From positions 992,001 through 1,056,000 of the forward strand of contig CAWKMU010000003.1 in NCBI GenBank assembly GCA_963850905.1: a stretch of 64,000 nt of DNA, read 5' to 3'. Positions 37,011-45,830 of the stretch are shown in pieces. The notes below the pieces were generated by a model, which saw only the letters and a program-made list of their open reading frames with translations, made no database searches and had not been told where the DNA came from. A program made the position numbers and the translations under genes. The stretch comes from an uncultured Gemmatimonadales bacterium (GTDB lineage: Bacteria; Gemmatimonadota; Gemmatimonadetes; Gemmatimonadales; Gemmatimonadaceae). Each line of letters begins with the position of its first letter. Position 1 is the stretch's first letter.

Positions 37011-37736
37011 GTGCGCGTTATTGGCGTGATCGATCTCAAGGGCGGCAAGGCAGTCCACGCTCGAGGCGGCTCGCGGGAGCTGTACGAGCCCGTGCACAGC
37101 GCGCTGCTATCCGATGATCAGAGCGGAGACGCGACCGCGTTGACCCGCGCGTACCGAGATCTGCTCGGACTGCGGGAAATATACGTGGCCGATCTGGACC
37201 GCATCACGAATGGCGGTCAGCTGTCCGAAACGGTGCGCGTCATCGCCGCCGTGGGTATCCCCCTGATGGTCGACGCCGGCGTATCGTCGATCGGCTCGGC
37301 CACCGCGGTCCTGGCAACGGGCGCACAGCGCGTGGTTGTCGGACTGGAGACGCTGACATCGCTCGAGGAGCTCGGGCGCATCGTCGATGCCGTCGGTCCG
37401 TCGGGCGTCGTTTTCAGTCTGGACGTGCGCAGCGAGCAGGTCCTTACCCGGCCGGATGGTGCGCTTGTCGGAGTCGAGCCGATCACCATCGCGCGGGAGG
37501 CGCAGGCCTGCGGGATCAAATCGGTGCTTGTGCTGGATCTCGCCCGCGTGGGAGGGGGCGGGGGACCGGCGGTGTCGCTCATAGAGAAGGTTCGCGGGGC
37601 CTGTCCAACCGTCGAGCTGATCGCGGGAGGGGGAGTCCGTGACGGGCGCGACATCGACCGTTTGGCAGCCGTTGGATGCGACGCCGCCCTGGTTGGTACC
37701 GCGCTGCACCGGCCCCCAGGCCTCGGCTCGGTGTGA
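37011..37736 (+). CDS. HisA/HisF-like TIM-barrel protein (Orf17-like)
   Basis: VIDLKGGKAVHARGG.R..Y.P, YVADLD, LDLARVG, GGGVR. Confidence 0.82.
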   Translation: MRVIGVIDLKGGKAVHARGGSRELYEPVHSALLSDDQSGDATALTRAYRDLLGLREIYVADLDRITNGGQLSETVRVIAAVGIPLMVDAGVSSIGSATAVLATGAQRVVVGLETLTSLEELGRIVDAVGPSGVVFSLDVRSEQVLTRPDGALVGVEPITIAREAQACGIKSVLVLDLARVGGGGGPAVSLIEKVRGACPTVELIAGGGVRDGRDIDRLAAVGCDAALVGTALHRPPGLGSV

Positions 37737-37909
37737 TCGGCAACACAGTGTGCCCGTGCAAGTTGCGTTTTGCGAGCTCATGCGTTCGAAAGAATGTGGC
37801 CTCGATGAATCGGCATGACGGTGATCTGCCGCGAGGCACTGGGCACGGAAGGTGAAAACAGGGAGTCGTCAGGCCTGGAATGAGCGGCGCGGCCGCAGGG
37901 CGGGCGAAA

Positions 37910-38506
37910 ATGGGGCGCACAGGGAGTTGGCTGGCGAAAGCAGTGGTAGGAGTGGCTGTCGCGGCAACCGCGTCGGCGCTCGGCGCACAGACCGTGCGAT
38001 TGGGTGTGGTGATGGATGGTCCCAGGCAGGTGCTGGAAACCGCCTGGACTGAAGCGCCTCGACAGGTCGAGCGGGCCTACTGCGTAAGGGACTGGTCGTA
38101 CGGGGTGCACCACATCTCCAAGTCAGCGCCCATCCAGGACGACACGGTGTTTCGTGTGTTCGGGATCGAGCCCGCCGATGCCAGCAACGCAGGACCGATG
38201 TCAATCGACTTCAACTGCCCCGCGGGGATGCCCGAACTGCACGTCCATACGCCGACCACCTGTATGGGTGACGACGTGTCGACGTGCATGTCCGGTGGCC
38301 TCAACGCCTACAGCTGCCAGCCCAGCCGTGGCGATCTCGAAAAGCTGATTCGCCGGGGCGACCAATTCGCCGTGTTGCAGTGCGATCAGCGCGCCTTTCG
38401 ATTCTACTATCCATCCGAGTACGTCACACCGCCGACGCTCGCGACCCAGCTCGAGCAGGGACAGCGCGCTGGCGCTCTGAACCCTGCCATGAAGCCTAGC
38501 CAGTGA
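37910..38506 (+). CDS. Secreted Cys-rich hypothetical protein with JAB/MPN-like motif
   Basis: Signal peptide; E...HVH...PSRGD; 6 Cys; alternative start at 37880. Confidence 0.55.
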   Translation: MGRTGSWLAKAVVGVAVAATASALGAQTVRLGVVMDGPRQVLETAWTEAPRQVERAYCVRDWSYGVHHISKSAPIQDDTVFRVFGIEPADASNAGPMSIDFNCPAGMPELHVHTPTTCMGDDVSTCMSGGLNAYSCQPSRGDLEKLIRRGDQFAVLQCDQRAFRFYYPSEYVTPPTLATQLEQGQRAGALNPAMKPSQ

Positions 38507-38553
38507 GAAAGGCCGGGTAACGGGTAAAACTACAACAATCGCGACGACAACCT

Positions 38554-38695
38554 GGGCGGCCTGAAGGCCGCCCCTACATGTCGGTATGGACAGTGACTCT
38601 CCGGAGCGGTGCGGCGACGATTGCCGGCGTCGGTCGACGAATCCGGATTTGACGCTGCCCGCAGCAACATGTAGGGGCGGGCTTTAGCCCGCCCG
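38554..38695. repeat. REPIN-like doublet, copy 4
   Basis: Near-identical to copy 2, including the left flank TACAACAATCGCGACGACAAC. Confidence 0.85.
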
Positions 38696-38790
38696 GTTTT
38701 TTCAGTGGACGTTGCAGGTACCCGTCACCCGTCACCCGGCCGTTCCCACCCCCCCCTGACCCGGCCGTCCCTGCCTTTATACTATCCGGC

Positions 38791-39066
38791 ATGCGCAACA
38801 AGCGAGCGCTGGCCGGAGTCGTGATCGTCCTGGCGTTCTTCGGATATCTCCTGTGGTCCACGCTCGCGTCGCAACGCAGCGAATGCCGAGTGTGCGTGGC
38901 GTACAAAGGCGGCCGCAATTGCGCGACCGCGTCCGCCGCGTCGCGCAGTGAAGCCACCCGCAACGCCCAGACAACGGCCTGCGGCGTGCTGGCCTCGGGG
39001 ATGAATGACGCGATTGCGTGTGGGAACGCGGTCCCGGAGGGCGTCGAATGCAAGGGAGGGAAGTAG
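38791..39066 (+). CDS. Small membrane-anchored Cys-rich hypothetical protein
   Basis: N-terminal TM, 6 Cys, TATACT 7 nt before ATG, ends 2 nt before the next gene. Confidence 0.65.
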   Translation: MRNKRALAGVVIVLAFFGYLLWSTLASQRSECRVCVAYKGGRNCATASAASRSEATRNAQTTACGVLASGMNDAIACGNAVPEGVECKGGK

Positions 39067-39068
39067 GC

Positions 39069-39590
39069 ATGCCCCAACACACCTCATACCGGGTCCACGT
39101 CAGCAAAGACTACCTGGTCTTTTCGTCGGCCCACTTCATTACGTTCGCGGGTCACCGGTGTGAGTCCTTGCATGGTCACAACTATCGGGTCGCGATCACG
39201 CTGGACGGGGATCTGGATCCCGACGGCTGGTACGTCGTCGATTTCTCGGTGCTCAAGACTGTCACGCGCCGGTTGTGTGACGAGATCGATCACCGGGTGC
39301 TGTTGCCACTCACCAATCCGAAACTGACTGTGGCGGAGCACGGCAATGCGATCTCGGTCGCGTACATGGGCGCTCCGCGCTACGTCTTCCCGCGCCACGA
39401 TTGTGCGTTGCTGCCGGTCCCCAACACGACCGTGGAAATGCTCGCCCAGTATCTCGCGGGCCGACTGCGCACAGAATTGCCCGACGTCGCTCGGGTCGTC
39501 GCGATCGAGGTCGAGGTGGAGGAGAGCTTCGGCCAATCCGCCGTGTATCGCGACCGCCTGAACCCACCAGATCCGACCGAGACCAGATAG
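39069..39590 (+). CDS. 6-pyruvoyl-tetrahydropterin synthase / QueD family protein (CExxHGH type)
   Basis: FSSAHF, CESLHGHNY, VVDF, DHRVL, TTVEMLA. Confidence 0.88.
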   Translation: MPQHTSYRVHVSKDYLVFSSAHFITFAGHRCESLHGHNYRVAITLDGDLDPDGWYVVDFSVLKTVTRRLCDEIDHRVLLPLTNPKLTVAEHGNAISVAYMGAPRYVFPRHDCALLPVPNTTVEMLAQYLAGRLRTELPDVARVVAIEVEVEESFGQSAVYRDRLNPPDPTETR

Positions 39591-39619
39591 CGCGAGTTTG
39601 GCCGGTGAGCCCGCTCGCG

Positions 39620-40471
39620 CTAGCGCCGGTGCCCTTCCATCAGCACGACGAACAGGGCCGCCGCCGTGAGGTCCGCGGTGGTGCCCGGATTCAGCGCGTT
39701 GTGCGGATCGCGCAGCGCGAGGTCGAGCGCTTCGATCTCGCGTCTGCCGGCCGCCGTGCGCACGCCGCCGGCCACGACGACGCGGGCGGCCTGCTCGCTT
39801 ACATCGCGAGCCACTTCGACCCCCTCCTTGCGCGCAATCAGCGTGTCGGGATGTCGCGCGAGTAGCGTGAGATACAGCTCAACCGTGGCGTCCTCCCACG
39901 TCAGGTTACTCTCGCGAGCTGACCGCAGCGTCGGGGCCGCCAGGTCGAAGGTCGTCGCGAACCCCGTCGCGTACTCTCGTGCGATCGCGTCCCGCCCGGC
40001 GGCGAGGGACATCACCTCGCGCAGCGTCGCCGTCGGCTCCTCGCTGACATCCTGCGCATCGGCGCGCCCCAGGCCGCCCGCGCGCGCGAGTCGGATGGCG
40101 GCGTACACGGTGCGTGCGTCGGCGATCGTCGTCGCCGCGACGGCGACTTCGACGGCATCGCGCAGCGTGCCGGCCTCGCCCACGATCGCCGCTCGCGCGA
40201 GCGGGGCGAAGAGCAGGATGATGCCGAGGTTCGTGTTCGACGGCGTCCACCGGGCGGTTTCCTCGACTGCGGCGAGCACCGTCGGCCCGATGGGCCGCTC
40301 GCCAGCGCGCATCAGCGCCGGGCCGATCGCGGCGGCACTGGCGAGAAAGTGCTCGTACCGCGTGTCGCGAAATTGTCGAGCGGGTGAGACGTTGCCCGGT
40401 TTCGACGCGCTGACCTCGAGCAAGCACGCGAGTTGGCCCGCAGTGGCGACGGCGTCGGCGGCGAGCGCCAT
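39620..40471 (-). CDS. CitG-family protein (Orf7-like)
   Basis: EVSASKPGNV, NTNLGIILL, PDTLIARKEG, NPGTTADL. Confidence 0.88.
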   Translation of the reverse strand: MALAADAVATAGQLACLLEVSASKPGNVSPARQFRDTRYEHFLASAAAIGPALMRAGERPIGPTVLAAVEETARWTPSNTNLGIILLFAPLARAAIVGEAGTLRDAVEVAVAATTIADARTVYAAIRLARAGGLGRADAQDVSEEPTATLREVMSLAAGRDAIAREYATGFATTFDLAAPTLRSARESNLTWEDATVELYLTLLARHPDTLIARKEGVEVARDVSEQAARVVVAGGVRTAAGRREIEALDLALRDPHNALNPGTTADLTAAALFVVLMEGHRR

Positions 40472-41362
40472 CTATAAGCCTGCCTCGAGGCGCCGGAGCA
40501 GATGCCCCACGATCGCGCCGGCCACATCGATCCCCGTCGCCGTCTGCATCCCCTGCCACCCCGGAATCCCATTCACCTCGAGGACGGTCACGGTCCCGTC
40601 GCGGTCAGGGAGCAGATCCACACCGGCGTAGTCCGCGCCCACCACGTTGGCGGCGCACACCGCGAGGTCGGCCCATCGCTCGGCAAGCGTAAAAGGGCTG
40701 GCGCGCCCGCCGCGGGAGAAGTTCGTTCGCCAGACGGGCCCGCGATCTGATGCGTGGCGCTCAATGGCGCCGATGACACGGCCGCCGACGACAAAGGCGC
40801 GCACGTCGCGGCCGCCGTGATCGATCGTGCGTTGCAGATAGTACACGCCGCGGATCGCGTCGAGCGCGCGGAAGACGCGCCACGCGGTCTCTTCGTCAGC
40901 CAGTCGCACCATGCCCAGGCCCATCGACCCGAACAGCGGCTTCACGATCACGTCCCTCATCGACCGAAACGCGACGATCGCGTCCTCGCTGCGCTCGCAG
41001 ACGACTGTCTCCGGCGTGGGGATGCCAGCCTGTTCGAGCAGCGCCAATGTGTAGAACTTGTCGACTGACCGCTCGATGGCGCGCGGAGAGTTCATCACGA
41101 GGGTGCCGCGATCCTCGAGCCAGTGGAGCGCGTCCACTCGGAAAATGATCTGCTCCAACGATCCGTTGGGGATGATACGTGCGAGCACCGCATCGGCCTG
41201 GATGCCGAGCGGTGGACCTGCAGACTCGCGAGGCCGGTGCCCGATGTGCGCCACGAGGCTGTCGTAGGCGCGTACGGCGGAGTCGACGCCACGATCGTTG
41301 AGCGCGCGACGCAACTCGTTGGTGTGCCACCCTTCGCGGGCGCTGAGAATCGTGACGTGCAC
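40472..41362 (-). CDS. RimK-family ATP-grasp glutamate ligase (Orf5/MyfA-like)
   Basis: GSLEQIIFRVDAL, DKFYT, KPLFGSMG, WRTN, GVDL, EVNGIPGW. Confidence 0.88.
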   Translation of the reverse strand: MHVTILSAREGWHTNELRRALNDRGVDSAVRAYDSLVAHIGHRPRESAGPPLGIQADAVLARIIPNGSLEQIIFRVDALHWLEDRGTLVMNSPRAIERSVDKFYTLALLEQAGIPTPETVVCERSEDAIVAFRSMRDVIVKPLFGSMGLGMVRLADEETAWRVFRALDAIRGVYYLQRTIDHGGRDVRAFVVGGRVIGAIERHASDRGPVWRTNFSRGGRASPFTLAERWADLAVCAANVVGADYAGVDLLPDRDGTVTVLEVNGIPGWQGMQTATGIDVAGAIVGHLLRRLEAGL

Positions 41363-41371
41363 GCGTGGCGG

Positions 41372-42355
41372 CTACGCGAATAGCGATCGCTTCAGCACGT
41401 CCAGATTGAGCCGGCCAGCATGAAATGTGCGACCGCTCCCGCAACTGGTCAGCCAGACTTCGGCCGGGCTGAAGAGCAACGGATCGATTTTGTAGAAGTC
41501 ATTGTTGTAACGAGCGAAGATCTCATGGAACGGCGTGCCATAGTCGCGCGACGCCGCCGCAGGCAGCCGTTCTGCCAGCGACGCGAGCTCCGCGTCGCTC
41601 GCGTCGACGGCGTACCGCGCCTGAGCGCCATAGAGGATGCAGTCGTTCGTCCGCCCGATCGCCACGATATCGTCGGCAGGAACGGGTGGGACGGGCGCCG
41701 TGCCGACGCCACCGACGACGCGAGTCACGTCGAAGCCGAGTGAGTCCATCTTGTGCAGGCCAGTCTCCAGGGATCGTGCAGCAATCTGCACGCATCCGGC
41801 GATGCTTGCGGTTGGCGCGACGACCAGGGTCACCTGCGACGGGTCGAGACCCGATCGCTGCGCGATCCACGCAGCCACCTGCTCCGTCGGCATGCGGCGA
41901 GTCTCGAGTACCAGGACTCCCCGACTGGCGGCCTCCGTGTACCCGAGCTTGGTGAACAACTGGTGCTCGACCCGGGCCTGCGCGCGGAGGGGCCCAGATC
42001 CCATGCCAAAGAAGTCACCCACCTTTACGGCCCACCCAGCGTACTGTGAAGCCATGCAGCTGATCGCAGGATGGTCTGTCCACACCTGCACACCCGGGAA
42101 GATTTCCTCGCCAATGGTCACGGGTTGATAGGACACGTGGCCCAGACCCCCCATGCAAATGCGGGCGACGGCGAGGCCCGCACCGAGGCCACCGCGCGCC
42201 TCGATGCCTGCGTCGATGACACGGGCGTCGTTCTCGAGTCGGATCGTCTCTATCCCGAGCTCGGTGGAGCGGGCACACATGTCGTCTGCGGCCCGCCACG
42301 CGCGATCGTTCATCGCAAAGTCGTCGGTCGTCGGAGCGTGGCTGATCGTCGTCAT
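41372..42355 (-). CDS. mch: Methenyl-H4MPT cyclohydrolase
   Basis: CMASQYAGW, GSGP.RA, GRTNDCILYG, FYKIDPLLFSPA. Confidence 0.95.
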   Translation of the reverse strand: MTTISHAPTTDDFAMNDRAWRAADDMCARSTELGIETIRLENDARVIDAGIEARGGLGAGLAVARICMGGLGHVSYQPVTIGEEIFPGVQVWTDHPAISCMASQYAGWAVKVGDFFGMGSGPLRAQARVEHQLFTKLGYTEAASRGVLVLETRRMPTEQVAAWIAQRSGLDPSQVTLVVAPTASIAGCVQIAARSLETGLHKMDSLGFDVTRVVGGVGTAPVPPVPADDIVAIGRTNDCILYGAQARYAVDASDAELASLAERLPAAASRDYGTPFHEIFARYNNDFYKIDPLLFSPAEVWLTSCGSGRTFHAGRLNLDVLKRSLFA

Positions 42356-42404
42356 GCTGGAATTGCTCCTACGTGTCAGGCGCGTGCCACACCTGGCTGC
42401 AGGG

Positions 42405-43259
42405 TCAGTGGCTGGTGTTGCCGGCCCAGATCAGTAGCTCGCCCTTGCCCAGCTGCGAGATATCGCCGCAATACCGTGCGTAGCGCCCTGTGGCGATCCG
42501 GGCGTCGATCGGTACGGCGCGCGACCGAAGATACTGAAATAGCACCCGAAGGTAGGGCGGGCGATATGTGCACGCGTAACGATATGTAAGCGGCACGGTT
42601 GCCCCGCCAATGGTGATGATCGATCCCCGTTTGTTCCATTGGCCGATGGTGCCCGTAATCGCACCTCCGACAACCAATGTGCCTGCGATCATCGCCCGAC
42701 CGGCGTCAACCGTGTCGCCACCGACAACGACCAGGCCGCGCCGCACCGCGCCGGCCGCTTCGCGCCCCGCGCTACCGTGGACGAATATCTCGCCGCCTGT
42801 CATTCCGCGCGAGGCGCCGGGCAGAGGCCCTCCGAGCCGGTCGCCTGCACTGCCGCCAATCGTCAGCGTGCCTCCCGCCATGGCGAGACCGGCATCGGAA
42901 CCGGCTGAGCCCGACAGGTTGATCGCGCCGCCCCGCATCATGTAGCCGACGCCCACGCCTGCGTCCCCTTCGATCGTGAGGATGCCGCCGCCCATGTCTG
43001 CCCCCAAGCGATCGACTGTGCGGAGATCACCGGATACCTGCACGGTCGAGGCGCGCTCCCCACGGATGTCGAACAGCTCACCGAGTGGCGCCGCATGACG
43101 CGGCATCTCCTTCCCGTCGCCCGTCGCGCGCGACAGCCAGACCGGGAGCGCTCCGATCTCCCGATTGGACAGTGTACCGAACCGGTCGGGCGCCACGACG
43201 TCGGCCATCACCCGCGCGTCCGGCGCCGCCTTGAGCCTGAGGGTGATCCGGTCAGACAT
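42405..43259 (-). CDS. fhcC: Formyltransferase/hydrolase complex subunit C
   Basis: GxxMxxG beta-helix repeats, GMTGG, RRG; starts MSDRITLRL. Confidence 0.9.
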   Translation of the reverse strand: MSDRITLRLKAAPDARVMADVVAPDRFGTLSNREIGALPVWLSRATGDGKEMPRHAAPLGELFDIRGERASTVQVSGDLRTVDRLGADMGGGILTIEGDAGVGVGYMMRGGAINLSGSAGSDAGLAMAGGTLTIGGSAGDRLGGPLPGASRGMTGGEIFVHGSAGREAAGAVRRGLVVVGGDTVDAGRAMIAGTLVVGGAITGTIGQWNKRGSIITIGGATVPLTYRYACTYRPPYLRVLFQYLRSRAVPIDARIATGRYARYCGDISQLGKGELLIWAGNTSH

Positions 43260-44214
43260 GTGCGGCCATGATGCGGCGCAAGAAGAAGTGGTGGGGACCC
43301 AACTTGCCGCCGTAGTTGCCGGCTGTGATGGTGTGGACTCCGGGACGACACGCCGCGTCGATGCCAAGGCGCATGGCTGCGGCAATCGAGCCGAAGTCGA
43401 GCCCATCGAGCACGATCTCGAATACGGCATTCACCCCGTCCGGCAGATCGCTCGTGGTCAGCGGGCGCAGCGTGGGCGCAAACGCATCGTTGGTCGTCGC
43501 CACGAGTTTCTTGTAGCGCTTCGAGCCCACTTTGCTGCCGCTCCGGACGATGCCCCCGGGAAAGGGGAGAATCACGCCTCGCATCCCCTTCATGGCCTCG
43601 ACGGACGCCTCCGCCGCCGCGAGCGCCGTCTCCTCGGTCTCCCCGAGGACGAGGAAGTTGCCGCCGCCGATGCCGCTCGCACGGCCAAAGGTTTCCTCGA
43701 TTACGAACTCACCCTCCATCACGGGGATCCGCCAGTAGCGGCGACCGCCGATCACCTTGCTCGCCTGATAGCCGTCGCCGAAGACACGCAGGGCACGGCC
43801 GATGCTCAGGCGCTCCGCCGTACCGGGCAAGCCATCGAAGCACGCCGTCGTGGGACATGTGAGCACAGTCTGGCCGACCCTCTCGATGAGACGCGCCTGG
43901 AGCCCCGCGGTGTCCGTGGCGAACAACAAGACACTCACGCCGGGGCGGCCGTCGGGCGTCTCTTCGTTCGCCAACTCGGATTCGATGCCCGCCTCGCACT
44001 TGCACCCGATGACGGATGTTGCGAACCCTGTCATCGTTGTTGCGGCCTGGCGCGCCCAGCGCATCGTCGCGGCAGTAATGACGATCCGCGCCCCGCGCAT
44101 CGGGAACGCTTCGGCGAAGGTGTCGTCAATGTGGACTCCACGAATCGATGCGGGGGCGGGATCGCCCCCCGACGGCGTCGGGTCGGTGGAGTCGCTCGTG
44201 CGAGTCGCGCTCAT
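43252..44214 (-). CDS. fhcD: Formylmethanofuran:H4MPT formyltransferase
   Basis: IDDTFAEAF, TSVIGCKCEAG, TPDGRPG, RSGSKVGS, AGNYGGKLG. Confidence 0.95.
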   Translation of the reverse strand: MSATRTSDSTDPTPSGGDPAPASIRGVHIDDTFAEAFPMRGARIVITAATMRWARQAATTMTGFATSVIGCKCEAGIESELANEETPDGRPGVSVLLFATDTAGLQARLIERVGQTVLTCPTTACFDGLPGTAERLSIGRALRVFGDGYQASKVIGGRRYWRIPVMEGEFVIEETFGRASGIGGGNFLVLGETEETALAAAEASVEAMKGMRGVILPFPGGIVRSGSKVGSKRYKKLVATTNDAFAPTLRPLTTSDLPDGVNAVFEIVLDGLDFGSIAAAMRLGIDAACRPGVHTITAGNYGGKLGPHHFFLRRIMAAHV

Positions 44215-45830
44215 GCGCCGTAGTTCTCGAAAGACACTGTCAGGTACCGTTCCATGAATTCACGGATAGGCCGCTCGATGCTGGGGTCAAACGCCGGCCG
44301 CACCGTGTGTCGTTGCCCCCGGGGCGCTCGGCGCAGTTGTCCGTCGTCGACGACCAGTACACCTGCCTTCAGCACGTAACGGGGGGTCGAGAACATCCGT
44401 GTGCGATCGGCGTCTGGCGCGTAAATGGTGATGTCCGCGTCGGCGCCGGGGCCGAGATGTCCTTTGGTGGAGAGGCCGAGCAGCCGCGCGGGACCAGCGC
44501 GAGTAATGATTGCGATCTCGTTGAGCGAATACTCGCGCGCGAGCCCGTCGGCGATGGCACTGCCAGCGAGCATCTTGGGATTGGCAGCCTTGAGCCGTTC
44601 GTCACGATAGGTCCGATCCATCAGGAGATGGATCAGCTCCGGATAGCTCGTGAACGACCCGCCATTGGGATGATCGGTCGACAGCACGAGCCGCCACGGG
44701 TCGCTCGACAGCAGGAACAGCTCGAGACCAATGGCCCACTGCAGCGCGCTCACGGCGGCTCGATCGCGGTAGGTGTACGGGACGATGCCGCATCCCGTCT
44801 CCACCTCAATGTCGACGTTGGTCCATTTGCGCCCGCTGCTCGCGTGGAGCAGGTACTCCACCGGGCCGTCGGCCGTCACCGTGCATGCGGGGCCAAACAT
44901 CACCTGCCCCACGTCGCCGCTGAGCTCCGGGTGCGTCGCGAGATAGTCGGTGAGTTGTCGAGCCCCCGACGCCCATTGGCCGCGTGCCCCGCCGTAGCTG
45001 TGAAACTGCAAGTGGGTGAAATGCGCGCGACGACCGTCGATGGCGCGCATGCTGTCCAGCGTCATCGCGACGTTGCCGGCCACACCCAACTTGTTGCAGT
45101 GCACGTGCACCGGGTGCGGCAGCTCGAGGTCGGCGGCAGCGTCCGCGAGCGTTTCGAGAATCGCCCGCGGTGTCACGGCGGCATCTCCGACCGGGACGTC
45201 CAGGGATTCGACGTGGCGGACGTTGCGCTTCCACAGCTCGACGCCGCCCGGGTTGACAATCTTGATCGCGTAGCCCTTGGCGGCGGAGAGGAGCCACGCG
45301 GCATACGCGCGCGCTTGCTCATGCTCCCTCGCCGCGATCAGCCGATGCAGGAACGCGTCGTTGCCCATCAGGATGAAACAGCCTGTGTCGACAATCGGCG
45401 TGTCATCCAATTGCGCATGGGTCTCGCGCGCGCTGATGGCCGCCACCGCAGCATCGAACACCGTGGTGTACCCAAGCCCTGCATAGCGATAGCCCGTCGT
45501 GAACGTCGTCGGCACTACGCCAGCAGTGCCGGAGCGGGGAATCACGATCTCGCCATTGCCATCAGACGCGAGTGTGGGCGCGTTGGCCGGATGGTGGGCG
45601 TGGTCCTCGGGCATGAGGCGGCGGGCCTGGTTGACGCTGGCCGACGCGATATGGGCGTGCATGTCCACGCCACCGGCCATGACGACGAGTCCGCGCGCGT
45701 CGAGACGCGGCGCCTCGGCGCTCACCGCCGGGACGATGCGTCCATCGTGCACGCAGATATCACGGACCGCGCCGTCGACCCCGTTGGCTGGATCGTGCAC
45801 GGTTCCCCCGACGATGCGCAGCGCGGACAT
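44211..45830 (-). CDS. fhcA: Formyltransferase/hydrolase complex subunit A (amidohydrolase)
   Basis: DMHAHI, GYTTVFDAA, KIVNPGG, HVHCNKLG, HLQFHSY, TDHPNGG. Confidence 0.95.
   Translation of the reverse strand: MSALRIVGGTVHDPANGVDGAVRDICVHDGRIVPAVSAEAPRLDARGLVVMAGGVDMHAHIASASVNQARRLMPEDHAHHPANAPTLASDGNGEIVIPRSGTAGVVPTTFTTGYRYAGLGYTTVFDAAVAAISARETHAQLDDTPIVDTGCFILMGNDAFLHRLIAAREHEQARAYAAWLLSAAKGYAIKIVNPGGVELWKRNVRHVESLDVPVGDAAVTPRAILETLADAAADLELPHPVHVHCNKLGVAGNVAMTLDSMRAIDGRRAHFTHLQFHSYGGARGQWASGARQLTDYLATHPELSGDVGQVMFGPACTVTADGPVEYLLHASSGRKWTNVDIEVETGCGIVPYTYRDRAAVSALQWAIGLELFLLSSDPWRLVLSTDHPNGGSFTSYPELIHLLMDRTYRDERLKAANPKMLAGSAIADGLAREYSLNEIAIITRAGPARLLGLSTKGHLGPGADADITIYAPDADRTRMFSTPRYVLKAGVLVVDDGQLRRAPRGQRHTVRPAFDPSIERPIREFMERYLTVSFENYGA

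Noticed and set aside
37011..40471. Histidine biosynthesis hisA and citrate-lyase citG
   Set aside because: No his or cit genes are nearby; motifs and context fit the H4MPT-cluster Orf17 and Orf7 paralogues.
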